Shown piece after piece: positions 10,054 to 19,375 of a stretch of DNA of 64,000 bases. Below the pieces are notes generated by a model, which had not been told where the DNA came from, did not search any database, and saw only the letters and a program-made list of their open reading frames with translations. Source of the stretch: an uncultured virus (IMG/VR IMGVR_UViG_3300009788_000010) (Duplodnaviria > Heunggongvirae > Uroviricota > Caudoviricetes); the IMG/VR virus record IMGVR_UViG_3300009788_000010. One strand, 5' to 3'. The translations under genes were made by a program, and so were the position numbers. Position 1 is the stretch's first letter, and each line of letters begins with the position of its first letter.

Positions 10054-12096
10054 ATGAAGATCCCGAAGGCGTGGCCCGCGCTTGGCTCCATGGTCGTCGT
10101 CGACGTAGAGACGGATGGCCTCGAGGCCACGCGCGGCCACCGCCCCTTCCTCGTCGGCGCTCAGGACGAATGCGGCCGCACGGTCATGGCGGACTGCCAC
10201 CGCGACGGCGCGGGCCGCGCCCGAGGGATCAAAGGCCGGGAGGCGCTGCGGAAGGTACGCCGCGTCGTCGAAGACGAGTCCATCACGAAGATCGCGCATA
10301 GCGCCAAATTCGAGATCCGCATGTTCCGCGCGATGGGCTGGGAGCCCGCGGGCAAGTGGATCGACACGATGAACTTGACGGTGATGCTTGACGAGTACTC
10401 GAAGCTGGGCCTGAAATTCCTGTCCAACCGCCACCTCGGCGTCAAATACTTGCAACGAGACCTCATCGACAACTGGCTCTCGAAGGAGAACAAGCGGCGG
10501 CGCGCGCCGTGGCTGAAGAAGCTGCGCGAGAGGTTCAAGAAGAAGTACAAGCGGGCTCGCGTCGCCGACATCCCGCAGTACCAGACCGCGATGAAGGCCG
10601 GTGTGGGCGCGCCGCCCGAGGCGACGTTCCGCGACTTCTACGAGTCGACGAAACGAAACGCCCGGACTATGCGCGACTACCTCCAGCTCGACCTCGACTG
10701 CGCGATGAAGCTGGCCTGGATGATGCTGCCGCCCGTGCTCCAGTCGTTCGCCGTCCCGTTCAAGACCGAGACGGACCTGGTGCCGTACGTCGCGGACATG
10801 GAGGACGCGGGCATCCTCATCGACGAGGAGTTCGCCCTCGAACGGAAGGCGTTCTACCGCAAGGCCGCTCGCGTCGAGGAGCGGAAGATGTACCTCGCCG
10901 CGGGTTCCATCTTCAACGCCGACTCGCCCCAACAACTGATGAGGGTTCTCGGCCGGCTCGGATATGACGTGCCGAATACGCGGAAGATGACGCTCAACGG
11001 GTTGAAGGGCAAGTTCCCGCGCCATCTCCTGGAGTACCGCGCGAACGCGAAGATGGCGAAGTGGTTCCAGACACTGCTCGAGTCGCGCTCGCCCGACGGG
11101 CTCGTCCACGCGCGGTTCTGGCAGAACGGCCAAGACGAGGGGATCAAGACGGGCCGCTTCTCGATCACGGAGCCCGGCCTCCAGACGCTGCCCGGCGGGT
11201 ACCGCGGCACGGTCGGCGACCGCGGCAAGGACGTGCGCCGCTGCATCGTCCCGCGACGCGGCTACAACCTCTTCTCTCTCGACTACGCGCAGGTTGAGCC
11301 CCGCGTCCTCGCCCACTACACTCAGGAGCCGCGACTTCTGAAGGCGCTGCTCGCGGGCATCGACATCTACCTCGCCTTCGTCCGCATCTTCTTCGGGAAG
11401 GCTCCGTTCAAGAAGGGCGCGACCGCCCTCAAGACGCAGCGTCGTAGCGACGCGAAGACGGTCATCCTCGCCATCACGTACGGCATGGGAATCCCTCGCA
11501 TGGCCGCCGCGCTCGGCGTGACAGCCGTCAAGGCACGCGGAATGCGGGCGAAGTGCTTCCTCGAGATGCCGCTGATGAAGGACCTGATGGACGACTGCAT
11601 GAAGGAGGTCGCGAGGCGGGGGCACATCGACGACTGTTTCGGACGCCGATACCGCGTGCCCCGCGCCCTGTCGTACAAGGCCATCAACGCGATCATCCAG
11701 GGCGCGGCGGCGGCGATCATGAAGAGGGCGCTCATCGCGTGCGGCAAGCTGATCCGCGAGTTCAACGCCGGCCGCCCGGGAAAGAGGCCCGCGCGTATGC
11801 TGCTGACGGTGCACGATGAAATCCTCTTCGAGATCCCGCGCGGTGTAGAGGACAGACTCGTGCCGCGGCTCGCGAAGGCGATGGCGGACGTCGCGCCCGA
11901 GGTCACGGTGCCGCTCGTCGCGGACGTGAGCTGGGGCCCGCACGGTTCGTCGTGGGGAAACAAAGAGGATTGGAAGCCCGGCGACGCCAAGCGGAAGCGC
12001 AAGAAGACGTCGAAGTCGCCGACGGGAGAGGTCGCGGCGATCGTCGGAAACATCGAGGTGGCGAGGATGATACGGTCGGGGAAGGCGGGCCTGTGA
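10054..12096 (+). CDS. polA: DNA polymerase family A (3'-5' exonuclease and polymerase domains)
   Basis: DVETDGL, TGRFS, DYAQVEPR, AK....AITYG, IQG and TVHDEI. Confidence 0.95.
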   Translation: MKIPKAWPALGSMVVVDVETDGLEATRGHRPFLVGAQDECGRTVMADCHRDGAGRARGIKGREALRKVRRVVEDESITKIAHSAKFEIRMFRAMGWEPAGKWIDTMNLTVMLDEYSKLGLKFLSNRHLGVKYLQRDLIDNWLSKENKRRRAPWLKKLRERFKKKYKRARVADIPQYQTAMKAGVGAPPEATFRDFYESTKRNARTMRDYLQLDLDCAMKLAWMMLPPVLQSFAVPFKTETDLVPYVADMEDAGILIDEEFALERKAFYRKAARVEERKMYLAAGSIFNADSPQQLMRVLGRLGYDVPNTRKMTLNGLKGKFPRHLLEYRANAKMAKWFQTLLESRSPDGLVHARFWQNGQDEGIKTGRFSITEPGLQTLPGGYRGTVGDRGKDVRRCIVPRRGYNLFSLDYAQVEPRVLAHYTQEPRLLKALLAGIDIYLAFVRIFFGKAPFKKGATALKTQRRSDAKTVILAITYGMGIPRMAAALGVTAVKARGMRAKCFLEMPLMKDLMDDCMKEVARRGHIDDCFGRRYRVPRALSYKAINAIIQGAAAAIMKRALIACGKLIREFNAGRPGKRPARMLLTVHDEILFEIPRGVEDRLVPRLAKAMADVAPEVTVPLVADVSWGPHGSSWGNKEDWKPGDAKRKRKKTSKSPTGEVAAIVGNIEVARMIRSGKAGL

Positions 12097-12329
12097 GGCG
12101 GCGGACGCGGATTGGTCTCGACGCGTGGTGTGGCGCGTGCGGCGACGCGATGGGGCCGGGCGCGAAGGTGATCGTGGTGGGCGGGCTGCGCGACGCGCGC
12201 CTGTTCTGTTCCGCCGCGTGCGCGCCCCGCCGCAAGCTAAGACGCAGGGGGAAGGCGTCCGCGGCGATGCCCGCGCGGCGGCGTATCAAGGCGCGCAGGG
12301 GCCGGAAGCGGCCCGCTGGAGGCCGCTGA
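12093..12329 (+). CDS. hypothetical basic protein with CxxC...CxxxC
   Basis: GTGA overlap with the polA stop. CGAC and FCSAAC motifs. Confidence 0.45.
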   Translation: MRRRTRIGLDAWCGACGDAMGPGAKVIVVGGLRDARLFCSAACAPRRKLRRRGKASAAMPARRRIKARRGRKRPAGGR

Positions 12330-12660
12330 GCCCGCGTCCAGGCTGCCGCTTTCGCGCCATACAGCGCGAGGGGCTCTATCGGGCTGCGGTGGCGCTTTAC
12401 AGGCCGTCCAAAGGCGCCGGCGCCGGGCTGGGCCCGCTGCGGCCCGCCGCGTTCGGCTCCGGTTACGGACAGCCGGGCATAAGAAAGTCTATCATCAGGT
12501 CTTAACTGGGTGACGCGTGCATCCGTAGAAAGCCCTTTCGCAAAAAAAGGTGCTACACCCTTTTCGAATGGACCGCCGGGGGAAAGGCTTGGGAAGCCAC
12601 GCCTTCGCCTCCCGCCCTCAGCGGCAAGGTTGGGCGCAAGCCGAGCCCCCGGCGGCCGCT

Positions 12661-13014
12661 TCACTCGCCGAACAGCGGCGTGTCCCGCTCGGCGATCGCG
12701 TCGTTCTGCTTGTCGACGTTGGAGCAGCTGACCAGGGCCCAGACGATCGCGGGGAACGGCGTGCAGTAGTTGACGCCTTCCTTCTCGTCCACGAAGAAGA
12801 CCGCGTTTCGGTTGGGCCATTCGTCGCACGCGTCCACGATGACCGCGTACTCCGTCTTCAGCCTATCTCGTGCGGGGTTTTCGACGTCCACCGGCGGCAG
12901 CACGCCTCCGCTTGCCCCGTGGCAGGAGGTCAGCAGGAGAGTCGCCGTCGCGGCGAGCCCTGTCGGCGCGCTTCCTCGCCTCGTCCTTCTCCTTCCCGGT
13001 CTGGGCTTCCGCAT
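12661..13014 (-). CDS. o-spanin-like lipoprotein (Rz1-like)
   Basis: Lipobox LLTSC. Starts inside the i-spanin gene in another frame. Last gene of the lysis cassette. Confidence 0.65.
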   Translation of the reverse strand: MRKPRPGRRRTRRGSAPTGLAATATLLLTSCHGASGGVLPPVDVENPARDRLKTEYAVIVDACDEWPNRNAVFFVDEKEGVNYCTPFPAIVWALVSCSNVDKQNDAIAERDTPLFGE

Positions 13015-13141
13015 CTCGCCTCCCGATCTCCTGTTGGCCCTTGTTGTGCCGCCACCACCCGAGGCAGACGAGGCCGAACGCGGCGGCGACCAGCGCGAGC
13101 GGCCAGAGTTCCGCGATCTCCTTTCCGACGACCGCTATCAC
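12863..13141 (-). CDS. i-spanin-like protein (Rz-like)
   Basis: GTG start overlapping the holin stop. N-terminal TM (LWPLALVAAAFGLVCLGWW) followed by a charged helix. Confidence 0.6.
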   Translation of the reverse strand: MIAVVGKEIAELWPLALVAAAFGLVCLGWWRHNKGQQEIGRRDAEAQTGKEKDEARKRADRARRDGDSPADLLPRGKRRRAAAGGRRKPRTR

Positions 13142-13422
13142 AGCGGAGACGCGGGAACGTTCGGCGTCGTGGAGGCCTTGCGAATGCCGAGCGGGATCAT
13201 GACGAGGCCAACCGTCTTCATGACGCCCGAGACCGTGGCGCACGTCGCGACGGACAGGAGCATCGCCTCGGGGTCGCACACGCGGTCGACCACTTGCGAG
13301 AACCCGAAGTAGAGCGCGACGCCCCAGCCCGTAATGGACTGGAACCACGGCTTGCCGCCGAAGATCGCGTTGAGCCAACCGACGTTGCCCGTCAGTATCT
13401 TGAGGATGCTGTCGAAGTCCAC
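13138..13422 (-). CDS. holin-like membrane protein
   Basis: KPWFQSITGWG motif and two hydrophobic segments. Lies between the endolysin and the spanins. Confidence 0.6.
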   Translation of the reverse strand: MDFDSILKILTGNVGWLNAIFGGKPWFQSITGWGVALYFGFSQVVDRVCDPEAMLLSVATCATVSGVMKTVGLVMIPLGIRKASTTPNVPASPL

Positions 13423-13437
13423 TTCCTTCTCCTTCTG

Positions 13438-13947
13438 TCATGCGGCCCAAGGCAGTCGACGGGAGGCCAACAGCTTCCCGACGTCCAACCCCGGACACGC
13501 TGTGTGGCCGGGCGCGAGGTCGCGGTGGCCGGCCGTGTTGATGTCCGGCACGACGACTATGAGGGCGTCGACCAGACTCAGGAGGGAGGCGAGCTGTACG
13601 GCCCGCCACCTGTCCTTGGTTTTCTCGTTGTTCCCGACGACGCAGACGGCCAGCGTGTTCGCGTTCATCCTCAACGCGTGGTAGCCAGCCATCACGGGGT
13701 TGAGCATCGCGACGATCCTGCCGTCCCGCTCGATCGCCCAGTGGTAGCCGACGTGATCCCAGCCCCGGCCCTCGCGGCCTCGAACCGAGGCGGGCAACGA
13801 CTCGAGCGACGCGTATATCTTTCTCATGTACTTCCACCGGCCCCTCGTCAGCGGTCGCGGGTCTGTGTGCCACTTGACGAGGTCAGGCGCCTTCGTCCAG
13901 AGCGGCGACGCCGAGTGGTGGACGGCGAGCGACTCGAAGAACCTCAT
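13438..13947 (-). CDS. endolysin, N-acetylmuramoyl-L-alanine amidase (Amidase_2)
   Basis: VHHSA, GWDHVGYHW, GYHA and GHRD...TACPG zinc-amidase motifs. Confidence 0.9.
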   Translation of the reverse strand: MRFFESLAVHHSASPLWTKAPDLVKWHTDPRPLTRGRWKYMRKIYASLESLPASVRGREGRGWDHVGYHWAIERDGRIVAMLNPVMAGYHALRMNANTLAVCVVGNNEKTKDRWRAVQLASLLSLVDALIVVVPDINTAGHRDLAPGHTACPGLDVGKLLASRRLPWAA

Positions 13948-14417
13948 TTCCACGTCTCCACGGCGTCGTCGTACGCCTCCTGTTCCAAGATGGGCGGATC
14001 CGCCCACTCGTCGTAGACCTCTTCGTCCGGCGTCTCGTCGGCGATGTGGCCGAGCGCGCCCCCTACGATCGAACCGGACAGAGACGGAGGCGGCGACGAC
14101 ACCGCGAGCGGCGGCTCCGACGTCGCCACGTCTTCGACGCCCGCGTCGCCGATCTCTTCGCTCGGCAGCAGGCGGTCGAACATCCGGTCCATGTGTTCGC
14201 GGTACGCCTGGTCGCAGGCGAGCAGCGCGTCGCGTCCGTCGTTGATCTGCTGATGGTAGGCGTCGCGGTTCTTGTCGATCTGTTCGTGGCACAGCTCCAG
14301 CTCCACCGCCGCGTCGTCGCCCTTCTTCCAGGCGATGAGCGTGCCGCCGATCGCGGTGACGAGCGTCGCGACGGCGGCGATCCCGGCGGCCCACTGCCCG
14401 CCCGTCGGCCGCATCAC
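13944..14417 (-). CDS. hypothetical membrane-anchored protein
   Basis: N-terminal TM, coiled segment and acidic tail. Coupled by overlaps on both sides. Confidence 0.6.
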   Translation of the reverse strand: MMRPTGGQWAAGIAAVATLVTAIGGTLIAWKKGDDAAVELELCHEQIDKNRDAYHQQINDGRDALLACDQAYREHMDRMFDRLLPSEEIGDAGVEDVATSEPPLAVSSPPPSLSGSIVGGALGHIADETPDEEVYDEWADPPILEQEAYDDAVETWK

Positions 14418-15073
14418 GCGCCTCCACTCATCTCAAGGATCTGGCCCGTCAGCGCGTGCGGCGACTCGAGTATCCTCGCCGCGAACTCCGCGACCTCCTC
14501 GGGCCGGATCATGCGCCGCAGCGGGATCGACTTGATGATGGCCTCCCGCAGCTTGGGCTCGATCTCCGCCGTCATCGGCGTGTCCACCCAGCCGGGGCTC
14601 AGGACGTTCATCGCGACGCCGTGCTTGGCGAGCCCGCGCGCCGCGCTGCGGACGTAGGCGTCGAGCGCGCCCTTCGTCGCCGCGTAGTGCTGGAGCCCCT
14701 TCGCGCCGCGCGTCGCGACGGTCGAGCCGATGAACAGAACCTTGCCGCGCGACTTCATCAACGCGCGGCGAGACGCGAGGAAGCAGTCGACCGGGCCGTG
14801 GTAGTTGATCGCCATCATCAGCTCGCGGACGTCGCGGTTCTCCATGTGCGGCCACGTGTACGCGCCCATCCCAGCGGAGACGACGAGCCAATCAACTCCA
14901 TCAAGACACTCGACGATGTCTCCAATCCGGTCGTCGATAAGATCAGATTCCCATCTCAGGTCGAGCGACGGATCCGTGGAACGGGAGAGCCGCACCACGC
15001 AATGGTCTTTTGAAAGCCTGGTATAGATGGCGTGCCCGATGCCCTTCGCGCCGCCGACGAGGATCACTTTCAC
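14414..15073 (-). CDS. short-chain dehydrogenase/reductase (FabG-like)
   Basis: VGGAKGIG, SAG, IGS, catalytic YAATK, PGWVDTPM, IPLRR and TGQ. Confidence 0.9.
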   Translation of the reverse strand: MKVILVGGAKGIGHAIYTRLSKDHCVVRLSRSTDPSLDLRWESDLIDDRIGDIVECLDGVDWLVVSAGMGAYTWPHMENRDVRELMMAINYHGPVDCFLASRRALMKSRGKVLFIGSTVATRGAKGLQHYAATKGALDAYVRSAARGLAKHGVAMNVLSPGWVDTPMTAEIEPKLREAIIKSIPLRRMIRPEEVAEFAARILESPHALTGQILEMSGGA

Positions 15074-16005
15074 GATTGCAGCTCCCCTTCGATCGACTTC
15101 TTGAGGTAGCCGTACGCCATCCCGCCATGCGTCGCGTCGAACGCGCGGTGATCCGGCGTGAGCGCGAGCGTGACCCACCCGTCCTCTGCCTCGCCCACGC
15201 AGATCGCGAGCGGGATTCCGTTGCCGGGCACGAGAGCGGAGAAGCCCGACGAGATGCCGACGCCGCCGACGGCCGACACGACGCAGCCCGCCGCGCTCGC
15301 GATGAACCCCTCGCGCGCCCATTCGGCGAGCAGTTCGAACGACACCCAGTTGAGCCGGTGCCTTCTCGCCTTCACGAGGTCGCGCATTCGATGGTGGATC
15401 TTGGCTTTCAAATCGTCGTCGTCGAGTTCCGCCGCGTCGATCGTGTACGACGAGACGGCTTCGGCCCCGGTCGAGACGGTCACCATCACTTCGGCCGTGC
15501 GTCGCTGGTAGAGTCGCCCGCGGAGCCGCGCGACGTTCAGCCGCGGGACGTCGCGGAGCATCTTCGACGCGCACCGGATCGTCGCGAGCCCGATCCGATC
15601 ACGCGACGCGTCGCCGACGCGGACTCGCACCCATCCCGGGATCGCGCACCCGGCGTCGTCGAAGATCGCCTCGGCCGCGCGACGCCACGGCGTGTCGAGT
15701 CCGGGCGCGGGATCGACGCGCGAGAAGCACCCGCGCCACCCGAGCGCGCGGAGGGCCTCGACGACCTCGCGCCACGAGCCCCCGCGGCGGCTCCCCGCGT
15801 ACCGCGCGTAGCCCATGATGAGCTGGCGGACCTCGACGTACGCGCGACGCGCGCCCGCCACCGGGTCGCCTTCGCCGTAGTGTTCCGCGAGCGGGACGAC
15901 GAACGCAGGGCTCAGCCAGTGGCGGAGGATCATCATGTCGGAACGGCGCAGGCCGGGCGCCGCTTCGGCGATCACGTCGATTTTCTCTTCGCCCATCTCA
16001 ATCAT
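15070..16005 (-). CDS. 2-oxoacid dehydrogenase E2 / CAT-like acyltransferase-domain protein
   Basis: C-terminal LALTPDHRAFD matches the E2 catalytic DHRxxD motif. The start may be 15996. Confidence 0.6.
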   Translation of the reverse strand: MIEMGEEKIDVIAEAAPGLRRSDMMILRHWLSPAFVVPLAEHYGEGDPVAGARRAYVEVRQLIMGYARYAGSRRGGSWREVVEALRALGWRGCFSRVDPAPGLDTPWRRAAEAIFDDAGCAIPGWVRVRVGDASRDRIGLATIRCASKMLRDVPRLNVARLRGRLYQRRTAEVMVTVSTGAEAVSSYTIDAAELDDDDLKAKIHHRMRDLVKARRHRLNWVSFELLAEWAREGFIASAAGCVVSAVGGVGISSGFSALVPGNGIPLAICVGEAEDGWVTLALTPDHRAFDATHGGMAYGYLKKSIEGELQS

Positions 16006-16393
16006 TCAGGATGCACTCGTGGTTCTTGTCACCTCCGAAGTGGTACATCCCCATGTCGACGATCTTGCGGCCGTTCAGAAGCGTCGCTCTTTCGACACGA
16101 CCCATCGTTGAAAGCATGTTGCCTTGGATCGTGACGAGAGAGTCGATTGCACGCTGTCGCTCGATTCCCTGTCTTCTCTGTTCGGCCATCGTAGGCTCGC
16201 CGTGCGCGGCCCAGCTTTTCTGCATCGAGAGAAGATCCGTGGATACCCACGCGCACCATAAAACGAAGACGCTGCTGGCCGCCATCGTGACGAAGCCGCG
16301 AAAGGTGAGCGGGTGCTTGCCGCGTCCATTCAATGCCTCACGCAGCAGCTCGCGCATTCTATGTTCACTACCGGATTTATCCAAATCGGTCAT
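15998..16393 (-). CDS. hypothetical single-TM protein
   Basis: Hydrophobic segment FVTMAASSVFVLWCAWV followed by a coiled region. Confidence 0.55.
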   Translation of the reverse strand: MTDLDKSGSEHRMRELLREALNGRGKHPLTFRGFVTMAASSVFVLWCAWVSTDLLSMQKSWAAHGEPTMAEQRRQGIERQRAIDSLVTIQGNMLSTMGRVERATLLNGRKIVDMGMYHFGGDKNHECILND

Positions 16394-16435
16394 TGCTTTT
16401 ATTTCAGCCTCCACAAGTCCGCGCGATCTATGGCC

Positions 16436-17209
16436 CTATTCGTTCCCGATGATCGTCGCCCGCGCTGACTCGTGGAGTCTAAGTCCGGCTCCCGCGTCGA
16501 GGATGTACTCCACACGCACGCTCTGGCCCACGCGAAGGTCGGCGTGGTCCGCGCTCTTGTCGCCTTGAATGCCCCACGCTGTCGACTGCGGCACGGGCGG
16601 CGTCTCCGGCGTCCCGAAGGCGGTCTCCATCGTGATGTCGCCGCCCAGCTTGCGCGACACCTCGTCGCCTGGCACGAGGGCGGCGATCGTCGCCGTGTCG
16701 ATCTCGATCTCGTTCGCCGCCGTCTGCACCACGATCCCGGCGTGGTAGCTGTCGTCCGTGATGTGGTGGATCTGCGCGTCGTCCCCGACCAGCCAGTTCG
16801 CGGAGCTGGCGACGTACAGGAGCGTCGCGCCTACCGTCTGGACGACGACGCGGAGCGCATTTCCCGCGGCGGCTGCCGAGGGGAGGGCTACGGTGAGCGT
16901 CACCGTGAATCCGCTCGGCGCCCCATTGACGATCGTGCGATGCACGTCGCCGTCGTCAAGGTCGATCTCGACCGCATCGCCGTCGTCGATGCCGCGGATC
17001 GAGTCCACGACGATCGCGGTCTCCGCTGACGGCTCGCCGTCGGTGAGCGCCGTCGCCCTCGCGGCGGCGACGGTGTCTTTGTCCCTGTCGTAGAGTCGCG
17101 CGAGCGAGCCGGTCACGCCGCTGACGATCGCGGTGCCGTCGATCGTCCGCACCGGGCCGTAGACGCGAAGGAACTCGTCGGTGTCCAGGCGTAGATTGAA
17201 ACTAATCAT
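16436..17209 (-). CDS. tail-associated virion protein with two tandem beta modules
   Basis: T/V/G/D-rich, with an internal repeat (IVVDSIRGIDDGD.. / LYVASSANWLVGD..). Located in the tail region. Confidence 0.55.
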   Translation of the reverse strand: MISFNLRLDTDEFLRVYGPVRTIDGTAIVSGVTGSLARLYDRDKDTVAAARATALTDGEPSAETAIVVDSIRGIDDGDAVEIDLDDGDVHRTIVNGAPSGFTVTLTVALPSAAAAGNALRVVVQTVGATLLYVASSANWLVGDDAQIHHITDDSYHAGIVVQTAANEIEIDTATIAALVPGDEVSRKLGGDITMETAFGTPETPPVPQSTAWGIQGDKSADHADLRVGQSVRVEYILDAGAGLRLHESARATIIGNE

Positions 17210-17218
17210 ACTCCCCTC

Positions 17219-18700
17219 TTACTTGCAGGCGACGCCTACCGTCGCGTCGATCTTCGGAACCGTGCCGACCGCCGCCGTGATCGCCGGCTCCGATCCCAAC
17301 TTCCGTTGTACCGCGTTCGTCGAGCCCACCGCCGCTTCGACCGCCCGCGCGAAGCCGATCCCGGCCTTGACGGCTTGTTCTTTCGCCACGGCTGCCTTGA
17401 TACAGCCAGTGACCGGCGGATCGTACTCGATTATCAGCTCGACTCCGCGGGCATCGCCTTCGCGCGAGAACAAGGGAACAGGCAACGTGATGCCGGTGAT
17501 CTTGATCTCCATATAGAGCCCCAGCGGGAACGGCGTGCCGGGGCTCGCGTCGTACCCCGGCTGGTCGATGTAGCTCTGGAGCAACGCCGAGAAGCCCGGG
17601 ATCGTCGTGTCGGTGTCGTAGTCCGCGTCGCCCCACGTTTGCGGCACGCCGACGGAGAACGGCGGAACCCCGAAGTCCAAGAGCGTGTCTTCGAACAGGA
17701 CACCGGGATTCACGTCGTTGTCGTCGTAATCGACAGGGTTGGGCAGGTCTTGAGCGTAGGGATAGACGCCGAAGCCGTTGCTCCCGACCTCCGTGGTTGA
17801 CAGCCCGCGGTTCCAAAAGATTAAATTCGTGCGCGCGCCCGTCCCCGCGAATCTCAAATTCCCAGTTTCGATTCGGAAGAGCGGAAGAACGTTATCCGTC
17901 GTCTCGGGAATCCGGTCCACTCCCTCGCCGACGAGCCTCCACGCCAATCGCTGACCTGCGACGACCGGGATACGATCCGCGCCTGTGAACGAGAACACCA
18001 GCTCGCTTCCTTCGATCCCCGCTGTTATGTCGTCGAATGCGCGCGGATCGCTCAATGCGATAACCGGCCCCGTCTCGCGCGGGTCGGTCGCCGACACGAC
18101 CGCCCTCACCTGAATTTGGAGGTTCAAGCCGGGCTCCGAGTCGGTGTTCCGTCGAAGCCGCTGCGAGATCGTCCCGAGATCGCCCGCGACGGCCGACGTG
18201 AAAGAGCCGCCGTGCCAGTCATACCCCACGTTGAAATTCTTGCCGTTGAACCAGATCGGTTCTCCGGTGGGTGCGTCTTCGTTTTCCCCCTTCGCCATCA
18301 GGGCGTCGAGCACCGTTCTCGCTTCCATGTGCGGATCTTCGACGCCCCAGAAACTAGAGTTCCCGCCGATCGTGTCCCATCGATCATCGCGCAGCAGGAA
18401 GCCGACACGCAAAGCGCCGAGGATGGTTATGGTCACGTCAGGCGTCACGCGCAGCTTCGCGCGAAGGATCTTCGATCCGGGCGGCGGCCATCGAAGCTCG
18501 AACCGGAGGAACACGCGGCCGTCCGCCTCTCCGACCAGCGTGGGCTTCGCTATCTGCGCACCCAATTCCAGTTGGGTGTCCGCGTAAAGAACTGACTCCA
18601 TTCCCAACACGTGCGTCGCCCACGCGTCGCCCATCAGCCTGTCTTGAAGCAACCCGTTGTGGATCGCGAATGTCGAGAACGTCCGCTCGGTGATCGTCAC
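17219..18700 (-). CDS. tail fibre/receptor-binding-like protein (DNRLRE-like segment, C-terminal ~10-aa repeats)
   Basis: RVFLRFEL..PPGSKILRAKLRV motif. C-terminal AV.A.V repeats. Confidence 0.5.
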   Translation of the reverse strand: MTITERTFSTFAIHNGLLQDRLMGDAWATHVLGMESVLYADTQLELGAQIAKPTLVGEADGRVFLRFELRWPPPGSKILRAKLRVTPDVTITILGALRVGFLLRDDRWDTIGGNSSFWGVEDPHMEARTVLDALMAKGENEDAPTGEPIWFNGKNFNVGYDWHGGSFTSAVAGDLGTISQRLRRNTDSEPGLNLQIQVRAVVSATDPRETGPVIALSDPRAFDDITAGIEGSELVFSFTGADRIPVVAGQRLAWRLVGEGVDRIPETTDNVLPLFRIETGNLRFAGTGARTNLIFWNRGLSTTEVGSNGFGVYPYAQDLPNPVDYDDNDVNPGVLFEDTLLDFGVPPFSVGVPQTWGDADYDTDTTIPGFSALLQSYIDQPGYDASPGTPFPLGLYMEIKITGITLPVPLFSREGDARGVELIIEYDPPVTGCIKAAVAKEQAVKAGIGFARAVEAAVGSTNAVQRKLGSEPAITAAVGTVPKIDATVGVACK

Positions 18701-19365
18701 GGCCGCGCGATCCTCGCGACTGTCCCGAGCCTGTCCGTGCGGACGAAGCCGTCCGCGACGAGCGCGTCAATCAACGCTTCAGCCCACGGCTCGCCCTCGC
18801 CGGTCCAGCGGTGGCCTTTCTGGTCGGTCGGGAACCGCCACGCCCTCAGCCGGAAGTCGCGCCCGTCCGCGAGCGTATAGTCGTTCGAGAGAAAGCCGCC
18901 GAGGATCCTGCGCATCGCGGAAATCCACCTCTGCTGTTCGGGGCGCGCGAACGGGATCGCGGGCGCGGGGTACGCGGTCGCGCGCACGATCTGTCCGTTC
19001 TCGGTCGCTCGCACGTTGTAGACGTGAAGCAAGCCCCACAGATTCCCGTTGCGCGAGATCCGCAGGGCGAGCGACTGCAACCTGGAGTCCTGCATCGCGT
19101 CGTCGAGCTGAGGGTCGAACTCTTCGAGGAACTTCTTCCGATTCCGAGTCCGCTTCTCGCGGACGAGGCGCTTCCATTCCACGTCGCGCGCCTGGGAGAC
19201 GGACCGGTTGTCACACAGCCGGGTGAGCCTCGTTTGGAAGATCAAGCGGCGAAGCAAACGGTTCCCCAAAATCTTGGCCTCGTTCTGTTCGGCGATCGAC
19301 AGAGACTGCAAGTCGACAAGCTCGAACGGGCCGATCACGATCGCTTCGAGTTGTAAGGATGCCAT
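18697..19365 (-). CDS. hypothetical protein
   Basis: Tightly packed in the late operon. Confidence 0.55.
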   Translation of the reverse strand: MASLQLEAIVIGPFELVDLQSLSIAEQNEAKILGNRLLRRLIFQTRLTRLCDNRSVSQARDVEWKRLVREKRTRNRKKFLEEFDPQLDDAMQDSRLQSLALRISRNGNLWGLLHVYNVRATENGQIVRATAYPAPAIPFARPEQQRWISAMRRILGGFLSNDYTLADGRDFRLRAWRFPTDQKGHRWTGEGEPWAEALIDALVADGFVRTDRLGTVARIARP

Positions 19366-19375
19366 GTTTCCGCCG

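Noticed and set aside
12481..12570. Second hammerhead (CTGATGA on the minus strand near 12492-12498 with upstream GAAA)
   Set aside because: There is no purine-pyrimidine closure of stem II and no consistent stem I could be built.
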